The translations under genes were made by a program, and so were the position numbers. From Andalucia godoyi And28 (Eukaryota > Protista > Jakobida), in contig VRVR01000039.1 in NCBI GenBank assembly GCA_009859145.1, forward strand, positions 7,909-71,908: 64,000 nt of DNA, in the 5' to 3' direction. Positions 52,901 through 63,920 of the stretch are shown here, piece by piece. The notes under the pieces are model-generated. The model saw nothing but the letters and a program-made list of their open reading frames with translations. It did not search any database and was not told the origin of the DNA. Numbering within the stretch: the first letter of the stretch is position 1; each line of letters begins with the position of its first letter.

Positions 52901-55900
52901 TCGTTTCTGGTGTATAATGCGGATTGCGCAGCTTTGTCGTCATGTACAAACGAAATGATGCGTTGACAGGCACATCCTGTTCTGCAATCCGAACCGTGAG
53001 GTTCCGAGCCCGGCCAGGTATCCCGGAGGAGCCGGTCCCGGAAAGACGAATCAGAGACGATTTTGACAAGTGGAACACCGGCTCGAGGAATGAAGGAAGC
53101 ACGTCCTCAAGGTTTTCCACGAGCAATGCGCGCCCGAATCGAACTGCATTCTCCAACACACGCGAAACATGCTCGTCGCCGACACCGCGAACAACATCCA
53201 GTGGTGTCTTCTGGAAAATCGAATTTGGGTTGTCGGCCCGATACAGATTCCGCACGAAAGTATTCGCTTGGCCTTGAGGATCAATGAACAACGGCCACCG
53301 ATCTCCGGACAGCGAAGAGAGTGACATGAGAGCATTCTCAACAGACAGCGTATCGGACGGAAGCCCGCAAAGGAACCATTTCTGTTCCTCAACAGGGTCC
53401 GACAGCATACTCCGAATGACAGAGACGGGCAGCGATTCAGAAGACTCCGATATGTCCACAGATTTGTGCGTCGTATAAGGAAGTCCGACATCCCGAAGCA
53501 CCTTCATCCAATCGCGATACAGACCGAATCGGTATTCCGTGGACAGCGGTCCACTGTACGCAACTCCCGCAGCAGCGAGGAGTGCATCCCCGTGAATATT
53601 GGACGACTGCTCTTCCAGAGACGTCAAGGTAACGCCCCACCTGATCTTTTCACCACTCAGACCCGATGTCAAACGACCAGCTCGGTCCAGCTTGGTAGCA
53701 CAATCGACCACCTTGGCTTGAAGTTCATCCTTATTGGCCAACGCTTCCTCGTATGCAATTTCCAGTTCTGCAATGCGAGTCTCGACATCCTCAAGTCGCT
53801 GTTTCGCTGCTTTCAGCGCCGAGGTGCGCTCCGCCAATTCGTCCTCGGCATCCCGCAGGCGGAGACGTTTGGGAGCGACTTCAACAGACACGCGGTAATA
53901 ATCAACCATAGCTCTGACCCATAAACACATCGACCGCGCTGCTCGCGAAACTTTTTCGATTCTCGCTGGATCAAACTCGGGATCATTGTAATAGGGAAGG
54001 ATCTTGTGAATTCGCTTTTCGTCAATGCTATCTCGATTGAACGTGAACAATGTCTCCAAGAACCCACGAGCATCTCGAAGGAGGCCTTTCGCAGGTTCCC
54101 AGTAATCATCAACTTTGGTGTTGAAGGAGGCGACAACTTTTCTCGGTGCCACTTCGAGCATAATGCAAACCGCTTCGAGCACGAGCTTGACACCGGACGG
54201 GGGAGTCTTGTAAGACCCAACCTCTTGTAAATCCGAAACCTTCAGCGACTGCAGCGACGAAAGCGCCGCATCCAGAGCCGGAAGCGCCTTGTCTAAATCT
54301 CGCTGCGCTTCGTCTTTGATCATTTGACATTCTTTCGCCTTCTGCGACGCTTCCTTTTCTTCATCGATCACTTGCTCGCGGGTCTGATCCGCTTGCTCTC
54401 GGTCAGCAGAAATTTGCACCATCATTCTCTCAATCTGCTCCTGTGCTTTCTGCAGTTTGGGCTTCAGCGCTTCGAGATCCTGCTGCAAGCCAGCCACAAT
54501 GGACTCTGCTTCACGGAGTTTCTCGAGACCAACGGAAAGGCGTCGAGTGGCCGAATTGATCGTATTCCAAGTGTGAAACAACGTCTCCATGAAAATCCTA
54601 AGCAGCTCGAGATAGGATGCCGGTGTCACAAAAACAGGACGCTTCATCTGCATAAAATAGTCACGAGACGTATTCTCGGCAATCTGATGCACCGCGACAC
54701 AGCTTCGGATGAAGGACTGCACAGCAGACTCACTGAAATTGAGTTTGCGATTCGGCACGCCACTGTCAACATCTGTGCGGACAGCTTCATAGGAAGAAAA
54801 GTGAGAAATGGATTGCCGGATCTGACTATCCCCAACGGACAACAGCGCATCCGCTGACCAGGCAGAGAAGTAGTCAATGGTGCAACAGCTGATGAGACTC
54901 GGGAACATACGGCCACGACGACGGAAAACCTCCCCAATCGGACTCATGGCTACCACAATGTGGAGATTGCGGCGAACTCTCTTGATAAACCGCGCCCACA
55001 TCGACGGCCGCGTGATCGGAAGTCCTTCTTCGACGCAGACGGATTGCATTTCCTTGAAGATGTGCTCAAGATCAGCCGCATCATTTGGATTGGCCGCATC
55101 AAACAGCCCAGAAATGTCACCGTTGCTGAGAAGCGAGTTGAGATCCTCGAGAAGGAGATCGTTGAGCGCAGCATCCGCAGCCATGATTACAGACGGGTCG
55201 TTCCGCAGACCGCTGACTTTCATGGCTTTCTTTAAATCGTTCCTCCATTCAAGAAGCGAAACATCGGAGCTCGACGAGAGTTCAATCAAGACATGATCGC
55301 AAATAAAAGCCGCCAGGCGAACAAGAGACTGTCGTCCAGAACCACCAATTCCAAGGAGAAGACAATTTCCACCGGATTGCCGCAACACGCGAATAATTCG
55401 GCAAACATGCTCAACTGCCTGTCCAAACAACACGATGTGCATGGGCTTACCAGTTTGGGCATTGTAGTCGTCCAGAGCATTCCGCAAGTACAGATCCACC
55501 ATGGAGCGATGCTGAACTTTGTGGTATGTCCCAACAAGCGATTCTGTGTTTAAGAAGTCCTGGAACACGTCATTATGATCATGATCAACGGACCGAAGAG
55601 ACGTCAAAATCGCCTTGTCATCCGTCGCCGACAATAAATCCTTGACAGCTGCGTCAAACCACAATCCATCTTGCTCATCGACCAGACGGTCTCTGAAAAC
55701 TCTCTGCAACTCATGACGGAAAAGCAGGAGCAACTCAGATGCATTCGAAACTGCGAGCGGGCTGGCTCGGACGACTCCAGTGATCACCGCAGAAAGATCT
55801 CGCAGACTGAACAAGTAATGACTCTTGGTGGGAGTCGGTCGGAGGTCGGCTGTAACTTTTTGGAAGAGGCCGCACATGACTTTCACCATGTGTGCCACAA

Positions 55901-58900
55901 CAAAGCGAACATCTTTGAAAAATCCCTTGTCCACAACGAAGTAGGAGTTCAGAATGGTGGAAAACACGCGCGACATTTCTGATTCGGAAAGATCCGGAAA
56001 TGAAAGGACATTGAAATGGCGAATCAATCGCGAGGACAGCGGGTGCCGTCCGCCTCCTGGCGGTGCCATTGCGGCTATAAACACAAGATCCTGAACGGAT
56101 TTGAATTCCAGCTTATGGCGATCGTACCAGCCGCCGTGATCAAGCCACTGGCGGATCAGCTCCAAACTGGGCTGCGCACCGTACATTTCAGGCGCAGGCA
56201 TGTTGAAGTCGTCGATGAACACAATGCCCTGCTGGCCAGCAGGAGGCCCATACGTTCCTTTTCGACGCTTGTCGAGCTTCGAATCGAGAAAATCCTGAAG
56301 CTGATTCGCAGACGTTCGAGCAGAAAAGGAAAATGCATATGTTTGCACGAACGACGGCAGCTGCCCTGCTCCATACAAAAGATTGTTGATCACAAGGGAT
56401 TTTCCGGTACCCGTTGGACCGCAGCAAATGACGTGTTTCATCTGCGAAGCCAAGAGGCGTAACAAGTACGTCGATCGCAACGAGTCCGTGGTTGGAACCA
56501 GAGACTCTGGAGAGTATGCAACGGACTCTCCCTCGGCATGCAAATACTCGAGCCAGGGTACCCAACGACGAAAGAAAGCATCACGCTCCGCATTGAGGGA
56601 ATTATGCTGCCCTGGAGTGTGCGGAGAAAAATACTTGAACAAAGCAGAGATGGAAGAATGAACAAACACCATGTCATACACAGAACAGCCCTCCGGAAAA
56701 CTCCCAAACAAGCCGCTTTTGATGTGCTTTCTGAAAAACTTGTCGACTGCCTGTCGAGAACGACCGTCAACAGCAGCTCCAAATGTCCACGTGAACGAAA
56801 ACAGCAATGCAGGAGCAATCACCTCCTCGAGATTCTGCAGCATAAACTCTGGGGGTTGGTAGACAGGAGTTGAAACGTAGTGGCAGAAAATGGAAGATGC
56901 GACTTTGAAAAAACTGTTGAGCAATCCATTGTCTGTGGATCGGCAATACTCCGAGCACTCTTTGCGAATCAAAACTGTGATGTTCGGCACAATCGCACGA
57001 CATATCGTACGCACCGTGTCCGAGAATTTCACAAGCAGCTGTGGCAATCCACAGATCCAAGACTCCAACATCGCATCCCACTGCACCGTGGAAGACGGAT
57101 CCATATAGACCATGCCGCAGCGACTGACCGTCGCGGGAGATGCGACCGCCAAATCTTCCACTTCAAACAAGATGTTCATCCTTGGAGTCATCGGAATGAT
57201 TTCGCCCGAGACAAGACAAAGCTTCTTGTTATCATCCAAAACCGTATTCATCGTTTCAATCCAGAGCGCATCTACAGGCCCATCGAAAACCACCCAGAAA
57301 TGGTCTGAAGATTCATCCCGTGCAGCCTGTCTGAAAAGATGCGCCAGAACACCGTCCGTCCACTCGTGGGAATTCTTGTCAAACTCGCCATACAACTGGC
57401 CCATCGTGATAGACTTGGGATTGCACACGAGGCGGTGCGTCTTTGCATAATTCAACGCGTCCACAGCCGCAAGCTCGCCAAGCGCCCTCTGCAACATCAG
57501 CTGAGAAGACGTTTTGCCGCCGCCCGCACCCCCAACAAGCATCACTCCATGACGAAGAATTGCCGTCTCGTACAGTTGCACGCACTTTGACACGAAGGAC
57601 GGTGTCGGAATGAGCCCAGAAGCACGGCAGGACGCATCGAGTTCTTTTGTCAGGGCATTCAAGCCGCCCGATGGAACATCAATCCCGATAAACAGATCAG
57701 AAATGATTCCTTCAAACTGCTGGATATCGTCCGGCAGAAACTTGGGAATATTCGAGTCACGCACTGCGCGAATCAGGAGCTGATCCTCATCTTGGTCATT
57801 GTGCTTTCGCTTCATCATTCCAGCGGCCAATATGACAGTGTTGACTGCGCGCATTCCGAAATCGTAGTGGTCCTGTGAGGAGAGTTGCTCTGAAGACAGT
57901 CTAAATGCAAGAACCATTTTCTGCGCAAGAATCTTGGCCTTTTTGAACCCAAACGAAAACAGACGGATTTCCGCAATGAGAGCATAGTCAGGCACCATGC
58001 ACGCGACCGGGCGGAACAGCGCCTTCAAGTTGTCCGGCAACTCCGTGCGCCCTGCGTAGCCGGGATTCATAGTAATGAAAATGGCAAACGTAGGGTCAAC
58101 ATAAATCTCCGTGCCTTCGAAAATGCAGTTCTTCGAATGGAGAACAAGAGCCTGTTGCAAGGTTGTCATTTGCTGCGCAACCACCGACAAGACTTCGACG
58201 TCAATTCGATTGAACTCGTCGAAACAAGCCCATGCACCGGCCATTGCTAGACCTTTGAAGAATTTTCCCATGGCAAGGTGGTCCAGGCCCTCCTGGCAGT
58301 TGAATACCACGCACTGCTTTGCTAACGCTTTTGCAAGATCCTTTGTGGTTTCCGTTTTTCCAGTGCCAGCAGGTCCTGCCGGCGCTCCGCCTAGATTCAG
58401 GTGCAAGGCCCCCGTCAGCGTCAAGTAAATGCGGTCGGTTAGCGGAGTGACTACAAGACGAGATGTGTTTCCAAGGTATTCGTACCCGTACTCGAAATGC
58501 GCATCCACTTGTTTAACGATGCATGTTTTCCGATCAGAATCCCAGTAGTATCTCAGCTGCGAAACCCAATCAAACGCGCTCGTTTCCCCTACTTTCATGT
58601 CTCGAAGTCGCTCGGTCACATCGCGGTTATGGACATCCATCGTGATCAGGGCTGAAAGAGTGATGCGGTTCAGCAGCGTCAAATTCTTTTGGACCAGCTC
58701 TGTCAAAGCGAGGAGATGGTGTTCACACCTCTTCGCCGCCCTCGGAAGCGTGCCATCAACGATGGCCTCTTCAACCTCTCTTGTCCAATATACTTGAGCT
58801 CCAACGAGGATAACTTGGCCTGGATAAGACAAAACCCAATCATTTCGGTCCACCGAAGCGTAGGCCTGCACCGCAATCTCCACCAGCTTGCGCACGGATT

Positions 58901-61900
58901 CTTTCATAATGCCCTCCGTTCGCTTTAACCAATCCTCTACATTGCCAGAGGGCGCGAAGATTTCTGATAATGGGACAACTTCTCCCTCGCCAGAAACCAT
59001 ATGAGTAATCGACGACCCGCTGAATTGCAATCGATGAATGTTCTCAAAACATTTTCTTAAATGAGGCTGGACGGCCAGCGGATCTTTAGTCTGCGACAAA
59101 ATCTCCAGCAGTTCGTCATTGGAGAGGAAATAGAACCGCGCGAATGCTCGCCTCTTCGTTTCCAAATATGCGTCCAATCCTTTTTGCACCTCGTCGAGAA
59201 CTTTGTTTGATTCGACAAACTGTTTCAGCAGTCGACGAGACCTTGTGCAAAACGGAAGCACGAAACTGTCCGTTCTCAGGGATCGCATAGTCTTTCTCCA
59301 GAACTTATCCACGTTTGCAAACTTGGAAAACTCCAATGGAAGCTGGACTTGAATGTCGGCTGAAGAAAAAATGGGCTCCAGATAAAGCCACTGGCGTTGA
59401 CAGAGAATCCATTCCTCTAGCACGTCACCCATCATCTGAAGTTTGGAGTTCCAGTCCTGAATAATATCGTTAAAGACCTCTCGATACGGACTGAACAACA
59501 TGGACTGAGTCATAATCGCATGGTCATCAACCATCGAAATAATCTCATCCCAACCTCGAACAATGGACGTGTTCGTTGACTTGTAATCCGTCAAATCGAA
59601 AACGACTTTCGCCCACGCATCCTGCATTTTTGTGAGTGACATCTCGATCGTGAACTCCTTGCTTGCCGAATCGGATACAGCATCCACTGCAGATTTCAGA
59701 TCGTCGGAACCGATCGCCAAAAGCTCTGAGAAATTGGAGAATGTCTCCCCGGGCACCAGATTCTTGCCAATCTTCTCCGAAAGCTTGCTCCAATGTCGGG
59801 CTTTCATGCCTGGCTGTCTGAGAGACGACAAAACAGGAAGAATCGGCTTGAACTCGTCGACTTCGTTCTTGGTCTCCTCAACGCTCGCGTATAAAACAGA
59901 GTCGCGAGGAAGCAACTTGGCGATCTTAACGAATGCCTTGGACGTACTCTGGATACTTCGCTCGATTGCATCAGCATCAATGCTTTCGAACTTGTCGAAG
60001 TACACTGCTTGCTTCGTCCGCTTCCACTCAAATGCGGTCTGCCAGAACGTAGCGACCGGCTCAAAGTCACGTTGCAAGTTCTTGACAACCCCGAAATCAG
60101 TAGTCGGATCTTTGTACACCTTTTGCCGCTGATTGATCACGCGAGACTCGTTCTCGACCTCCTGCAGAACAAGTCGCAGGTTCTGTGCACGGGCGGAAAG
60201 ACGATCAACTTCGTTCAGATTCGACTCTGACATGAATGACAACACATCCTTGCTGACAACAGCGACGCGTTTCTGATACAGCTCGACCTGATCCAGCAGC
60301 AAGTCATGAAAGCGGGTTTCCTCAGAGGCCAGTACAAGCATCTGCCGTTTTGCAATCGTCTGAATGCGGTTGGGCCAGGCAACTGCAAGCCATCTTCTTT
60401 CGAAAATATCGGAATCGAGAGGTACTGCAAACCGTTCGAGAACGTCGTACGTGGAACGAATGTCCTCCAAATCGGCAGTCTGTGAATGGACTTCATTGTC
60501 CAGCATGTTGATCAGCTCTCGAATATTGACAACGTCCTCGATTTGAGTGGGAGTTTTCTGCAATCTGCTTGTCAGCGATCCGAAGAATGATATTACCCCG
60601 CTTGATCGGGCATCCCCGTACGCAATGCCAGCTTCCGCCACTGCTTTGTACATGTCTTGGCACAATCTTCGGAGACGCGTTTGAACCTGACGGCATCCAA
60701 TCCTGAAAAAACCGACGTCCGTAACAATTGGAATCTCGGTATCCACGGAAACCAGCATTTGCGACCAATAACGAAGCGCGGAACTGAGCCGACGAGGAAA
60801 ATCAGGTCCGGCTGAAATGTTGTCGGACAGCCATTTCTTAGCATCCAATTTGATAACTGATTCAAAACGCTGAAAGTGCTTGACGGAAAGATCCGCTTCG
60901 GCGACGAACCGATCGCAAACCTTCTTCAACCGTTGAAGCACCTCAACCACACATTCCTCGCGTTCGTCCATCAGCTCCATGTTGACGCTCTTTCCCCAGA
61001 AAAACTGCCGAATAACCAATGCCTCGACTTTTGGAATGGAATTCAAACCGCGAACCGCCTTCTCAACAATCGATGTGAGCACAGAAAAGGCTCGGGAAGG
61101 ATGGTCTCGTTGGAAGTCCACCCGCTGGTCCACAACGGCCAGTTCAAGTGCAAAAAGTGGGAAGCCAAAGCTGGAGGTCTGCTCGGCTTGCTCGACGATG
61201 TATTTCTCGAAATCCGCCAACGACAGCAAACCAATGAAGCGCAACGTGTCCGACATGATCAGTCTCACTGTCTTGAAGAACCGAGCCAATTTTCCCATCT
61301 CGTACACTTCTCTGCTGTTCTCACCCAGATGCATCCAGCCTTTCTGCACTTTGGACAGTAAGTTTTCGATGTTTGAAGCAATATTAGGGACCCAATGCTC
61401 TCGCAAAGTGGTTCCGAGGGAATTAATCGATGTTGTTTGAATTTGTTCGTATTCCTCTAACGAAAACGGACGAGAGCGCTGGAATTGAAACATTTTCGAG
61501 GAGCCTTGAACTCGCAGACACTCTGCTCGCAACATGGACAGAGACGTTAACACCGGAGGATGCTGCAAGAATGTGTGGAAACGAAACTGCCCAAGGCGCT
61601 CTTCGAATTCATATGCCGGACACTCGATGGGTAGATCGGCACGAGTGGAAACCAAGGAATCGAACGAAACATCGACTTCATACGGCACTCCGAAACAGTA
61701 AAATCGTCCATTCCAAAACTTGGACGCATCCGAAAAGAACGATGATTGAATGATTTGGTTCTGCACTTCCAAAAACTGTTCCGTTACCTCGTGTACCATG
61801 GAATCTGCGGTGGGTGTCTTCTTCAAAATCGACGGCGATTTTGTCAATCGAATGATTCGATCAAGAGATGACGCTGCAACGCCTGGCAGAGCATCCACGG

Positions 61901-63263
61901 GCATTTGCTTCAGTACAAAATGCTTGAGGACCTCCTTTGCACACTCCTTGCGAGCAGCGACTGCAAAAAGGACACGGTCGCAGAATAAGGACGGGTCTTC
62001 TCCAATGAAGAGCACATTCAAGCGAGGAACCAAATGGAAATTAGCTGCATTCGTAAGACAGTTCATATTATCTCTATCGAAAGCAACTCGAAACAGACGG
62101 TGTACGCGATCCCATGAATGGACACGGCACATCTCCCAAAACATGAATTTGTTTTCCAAGACCGTGGTTGGATGCAAGGCTTTTGCTGGAACTCCTGCGG
62201 CCCCCCCTTCATGAGAAGGGGTTTCGGAAGACGTGAGGTTCTCAAACCACTCCGCCGGCTCTCTTTCGTCAAAATCAGACGAATCAAAGGAATCCAAAGA
62301 CACCGCAGCACACAAATTGCGGTCATCGATTAGCAGAGTGAGTGGTAGAACATTGCAATTCATATCGTGAATCGTGATTCCAGACTGAGCGAGCATCATG
62401 CCAATGTCTTCCTGAAGAAATGCACGCCTGCGGCGCTCGATTTCCAGCTTTCGATGAACCCCATCAATGCCATCGACAATTCGAACCTTCACTTTGGGCT
62501 CAACCTCATTTGGAAGCCGAGAGGACTTTGAAAGATGACGACCCACCTCACGAGAATTTCCAGAAGTGGGAGCAGTCTTCTTGGACGTCGGGGCCGAGCC
62601 ATAATTAAAGACCGACGCAGATGGCAGGGGTGGCGCTTCGTGGGCGCTTGTGTTGCCCACATTCGGACCTTGCAGGACATCGGATTCCGAAACTTCAAGT
62701 GTCGAAACAATACGATTCTTCGATCGGTACTTGCCGGGGACGAAATCGCCTCCAGACGACGAATCATTAAACATGGACTGCAGTAGACCGTGGGAGGTGT
62801 CGTATTCCGACATCTCCACATTTGAGAAGTCGTCCAGTCGATGGTCCAGAAACGACTGTTGGTGGACATTCAACTGAGAATGCGAGGATGACAGCTCTGC
62901 TGGCACTCGAGAAGAGGGAATGGGAGACACACGGCCATGGCCAGGGCCGAATGCCGACGCAGAGCTTCCCGGTCGAGACGGCAAACCGCCCCGGGATGAT
63001 GCGACAGACGGAGGCCTGTCTGGGAACCGCACAGAATCCTGTCCCGTCACAAAACCGCTGTAGGAAGGAGGAATGCGCAGCATCGAAGACGAGGTGGATA
63101 GAGTGCTCATCGCTGTTCCGGGCCGCGAATAGGACGATCCCATAAACATGTCCAAATGAGAGTTGCGATTTGCAGTAGCCGACGGCGGCCGGATGGACGA
63201 CCCTTTCAGCTTTGCCGGCTTTCCTCGCGAGGGAACATACGAAGAGGACGAAGACGAGTCCAT
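49965..63263 (-). CDS. DNAH1: Axonemal inner-arm dynein heavy chain, DNAH1-like, 4432 aa, intronless
   Basis: P-loops GPAGTGKT, GGAGGGKT, GPTGTGKS and GIGGSGRQS, plus stalk and C-terminal domains. The N-terminal VPRLNVLFIGEDP segment resembles DNAH1. ATG at 63263. Confidence 0.93.
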   Translation of the reverse strand: MDSSSSSSYVPSRGKPAKLKGSSIRPPSATANRNSHLDMFMGSSYSRPGTAMSTLSTSSSMLRIPPSYSGFVTGQDSVRFPDRPPSVASSRGGLPSRPGSSASAFGPGHGRVSPIPSSRVPAELSSSHSQLNVHQQSFLDHRLDDFSNVEMSEYDTSHGLLQSMFNDSSSGGDFVPGKYRSKNRIVSTLEVSESDVLQGPNVGNTSAHEAPPLPSASVFNYGSAPTSKKTAPTSGNSREVGRHLSKSSRLPNEVEPKVKVRIVDGIDGVHRKLEIERRRRAFLQEDIGMMLAQSGITIHDMNCNVLPLTLLIDDRNLCAAVSLDSFDSSDFDEREPAEWFENLTSSETPSHEGGAAGVPAKALHPTTVLENKFMFWEMCRVHSWDRVHRLFRVAFDRDNMNCLTNAANFHLVPRLNVLFIGEDPSLFCDRVLFAVAARKECAKEVLKHFVLKQMPVDALPGVAASSLDRIIRLTKSPSILKKTPTADSMVHEVTEQFLEVQNQIIQSSFFSDASKFWNGRFYCFGVPYEVDVSFDSLVSTRADLPIECPAYEFEERLGQFRFHTFLQHPPVLTSLSMLRAECLRVQGSSKMFQFQRSRPFSLEEYEQIQTTSINSLGTTLREHWVPNIASNIENLLSKVQKGWMHLGENSREVYEMGKLARFFKTVRLIMSDTLRFIGLLSLADFEKYIVEQAEQTSSFGFPLFALELAVVDQRVDFQRDHPSRAFSVLTSIVEKAVRGLNSIPKVEALVIRQFFWGKSVNMELMDEREECVVEVLQRLKKVCDRFVAEADLSVKHFQRFESVIKLDAKKWLSDNISAGPDFPRRLSSALRYWSQMLVSVDTEIPIVTDVGFFRIGCRQVQTRLRRLCQDMYKAVAEAGIAYGDARSSGVISFFGSLTSRLQKTPTQIEDVVNIRELINMLDNEVHSQTADLEDIRSTYDVLERFAVPLDSDIFERRWLAVAWPNRIQTIAKRQMLVLASEETRFHDLLLDQVELYQKRVAVVSKDVLSFMSESNLNEVDRLSARAQNLRLVLQEVENESRVINQRQKVYKDPTTDFGVVKNLQRDFEPVATFWQTAFEWKRTKQAVYFDKFESIDADAIERSIQSTSKAFVKIAKLLPRDSVLYASVEETKNEVDEFKPILPVLSSLRQPGMKARHWSKLSEKIGKNLVPGETFSNFSELLAIGSDDLKSAVDAVSDSASKEFTIEMSLTKMQDAWAKVVFDLTDYKSTNTSIVRGWDEIISMVDDHAIMTQSMLFSPYREVFNDIIQDWNSKLQMMGDVLEEWILCQRQWLYLEPIFSSADIQVQLPLEFSKFANVDKFWRKTMRSLRTDSFVLPFCTRSRRLLKQFVESNKVLDEVQKGLDAYLETKRRAFARFYFLSNDELLEILSQTKDPLAVQPHLRKCFENIHRLQFSGSSITHMVSGEGEVVPLSEIFAPSGNVEDWLKRTEGIMKESVRKLVEIAVQAYASVDRNDWVLSYPGQVILVGAQVYWTREVEEAIVDGTLPRAAKRCEHHLLALTELVQKNLTLLNRITLSALITMDVHNRDVTERLRDMKVGETSAFDWVSQLRYYWDSDRKTCIVKQVDAHFEYGYEYLGNTSRLVVTPLTDRIYLTLTGALHLNLGGAPAGPAGTGKTETTKDLAKALAKQCVVFNCQEGLDHLAMGKFFKGLAMAGAWACFDEFNRIDVEVLSVVAQQMTTLQQALVLHSKNCIFEGTEIYVDPTFAIFITMNPGYAGRTELPDNLKALFRPVACMVPDYALIAEIRLFSFGFKKAKILAQKMVLAFRLSSEQLSSQDHYDFGMRAVNTVILAAGMMKRKHNDQDEDQLLIRAVRDSNIPKFLPDDIQQFEGIISDLFIGIDVPSGGLNALTKELDASCRASGLIPTPSFVSKCVQLYETAILRHGVMLVGGAGGGKTSSQLMLQRALGELAAVDALNYAKTHRLVCNPKSITMGQLYGEFDKNSHEWTDGVLAHLFRQAARDESSDHFWVVFDGPVDALWIETMNTVLDDNKKLCLVSGEIIPMTPRMNILFEVEDLAVASPATVSRCGMVYMDPSSTVQWDAMLESWICGLPQLLVKFSDTVRTICRAIVPNITVLIRKECSEYCRSTDNGLLNSFFKVASSIFCHYVSTPVYQPPEFMLQNLEEVIAPALLFSFTWTFGAAVDGRSRQAVDKFFRKHIKSGLFGSFPEGCSVYDMVFVHSSISALFKYFSPHTPGQHNSLNAERDAFFRRWVPWLEYLHAEGESVAYSPESLVPTTDSLRSTYLLRLLASQMKHVICCGPTGTGKSLVINNLLYGAGQLPSFVQTYAFSFSARTSANQLQDFLDSKLDKRRKGTYGPPAGQQGIVFIDDFNMPAPEMYGAQPSLELIRQWLDHGGWYDRHKLEFKSVQDLVFIAAMAPPGGGRHPLSSRLIRHFNVLSFPDLSESEMSRVFSTILNSYFVVDKGFFKDVRFVVAHMVKVMCGLFQKVTADLRPTPTKSHYLFSLRDLSAVITGVVRASPLAVSNASELLLLFRHELQRVFRDRLVDEQDGLWFDAAVKDLLSATDDKAILTSLRSVDHDHNDVFQDFLNTESLVGTYHKVQHRSMVDLYLRNALDDYNAQTGKPMHIVLFGQAVEHVCRIIRVLRQSGGNCLLLGIGGSGRQSLVRLAAFICDHVLIELSSSSDVSLLEWRNDLKKAMKVSGLRNDPSVIMAADAALNDLLLEDLNSLLSNGDISGLFDAANPNDAADLEHIFKEMQSVCVEEGLPITRPSMWARFIKRVRRNLHIVVAMSPIGEVFRRRGRMFPSLISCCTIDYFSAWSADALLSVGDSQIRQSISHFSSYEAVRTDVDSGVPNRKLNFSESAVQSFIRSCVAVHQIAENTSRDYFMQMKRPVFVTPASYLELLRIFMETLFHTWNTINSATRRLSVGLEKLREAESIVAGLQQDLEALKPKLQKAQEQIERMMVQISADREQADQTREQVIDEEKEASQKAKECQMIKDEAQRDLDKALPALDAALSSLQSLKVSDLQEVGSYKTPPSGVKLVLEAVCIMLEVAPRKVVASFNTKVDDYWEPAKGLLRDARGFLETLFTFNRDSIDEKRIHKILPYYNDPEFDPARIEKVSRAARSMCLWVRAMVDYYRVSVEVAPKRLRLRDAEDELAERTSALKAAKQRLEDVETRIAELEIAYEEALANKDELQAKVVDCATKLDRAGRLTSGLSGEKIRWGVTLTSLEEQSSNIHGDALLAAAGVAYSGPLSTEYRFGLYRDWMKVLRDVGLPYTTHKSVDISESSESLPVSVIRSMLSDPVEEQKWFLCGLPSDTLSVENALMSLSSLSGDRWPLFIDPQGQANTFVRNLYRADNPNSIFQKTPLDVVRGVGDEHVSRVLENAVRFGRALLVENLEDVLPSFLEPVFHLSKSSLIRLSGTGSSGIPGRARNLTVRIAEQDVPVNASFRLYMTTKLRNPHYTPETSSKVMLINFAITKAGLEEQLLGVAVQKERPDLEELKRSLVQRNASMQSQLKGIEDNILRLLSESKGDVLEDEVLINTLSTAKVTSEEINAKVKEAKITEAQIDVTREQYRFASRLAAHVFFCLQDLGNIDPMYQFSLQWFLRQFMRAFDQLGAAAFLSYTSLEGDVESIEAAPPSAPDEVRPRLKSLRSLFLHGLYHTVCRSLFERHKLMFSFALSVTVDKLAGFVSDTDWECLLRGPTAVTKAGTDKVPRTVSRPEVLSDSVWKELTLLLFGESAISSRFSRLRSSLLEPAVFAKVYNSEVPLSTLFLIDSTLHPLSAVTLLRSVRQDKVLDGIRYYVSRRLGNRFVEPPPFNLAESYRESSPCTPLIFLLSAGADPMKELLHFADEMNMGRKLVSVSLGKGQGPIAEKLIEDGKENGNWVLLQNCHLASSWMPSLEKIVEGLISSSADASSNNCHRQFRLWLTSMPTPEFPQSVLQDGVKMTNEPPRGIRASLQRTFASFISADVLRSAVEDRKYQKAIYSLAFFHAVVLERRKFGPLGFNVFYEFTSGDFAVCLQQLRLFYESSGDIPLKVVRFLFGEINYGGRVTDDWDRRCLMTSFDGIVNERSLESDDFEFGSVLPGMDSPFSSLPSGSMNEYRMRIDDLPSHAAPFVFGLHSNAEITHAGAEGRLLLSTMLAMQPRQSSSNTNANALSREDIVRAMAEDMLMRLPKVFAIEEVAAKYPMKYEDSMNNVLIQECMRYNKLLKEMHSSLPDLIKATRGLVVMSEKLDRMADSMFTNVVPVSWTSKSYPSVKPLSSWFADLLDRLQFLNSWYETAPPASFWISGIYFPQAFLTAVLQNFARKFAVPIDTVSFAVKLSSELGMPRSTPEEGVFIHGLYMEGARWNVDTGSIDEARPLELFNRVPVMHLIPQQFRRLPDPASVYMCPVYKTTERRGTLSTTGHSTNFITSMELPTGKQFPSHWILRGVACVCATPE

Positions 63264-63857
63264 GGATGCGACTGCTGTGACAACAAACTCTGCTCTTTGT
63301 TTCTTACTGCAGTTATTATTGTCTGGCTGGCTTGCTTGTCTGTTTGCCTCTTTTTTTTTTTTTTTTTTTTTTTTTCCTTTGACTGGAACAAGAGGAGATA
63401 TACAACTTGCAAAACAAAACCACAAACAAAAAGTAAATTTCTTCTTCTTGTTTTTTGCTGCTTTGTTTTTTTGTTTTTGTTGTTGTTGTTTTTTATTAAG
63501 CAGACATTATAAAAAAAAATAGAGGACGACTGTTGAAAAGAGAGGTGACTTTCCCATTCAAATCAAACGGTGGTGGCGGGCTGGAGAGCTCTCGTCAGCC
63601 ATCATACCACGCATCGAGTCATCAATCCTGCTCATACGCAGGAAGCAAAAAACAAGAGAGGAAAAACTGAAAAGAAAGAAAGAACGTACGGGAAGACACG
63701 ACACCTCAAAAAAAAAATAGAAGATCCCCGCTGGCGCTTTTTCTCGTCATCCTCAATTGATTCAGCAATTGCACAAATGAGGGCGTGTGGACACTGTCTG
63801 CAGGTCCGTGACTGCGAGACGACGCGCACATACTTTTATTATAAGAATTGGTTTTGA

Positions 63858-63892
<35 letters not shown>

Positions 63893-63920
63893 GTTTTAAA
63901 GGGAAAGAGAAAAACAAAAC

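Noticed and set aside
63264-63425. N-terminal extensions from TTG/GTG starts in the ORF track (dynein, TBCB, Sen2, WDR60, SF3B3, UBE3C)
   Set aside because: They mostly translate AT-rich UTR or homopolymer sequence (poly-K, poly-F). Conserved sequence begins at the downstream ATG.
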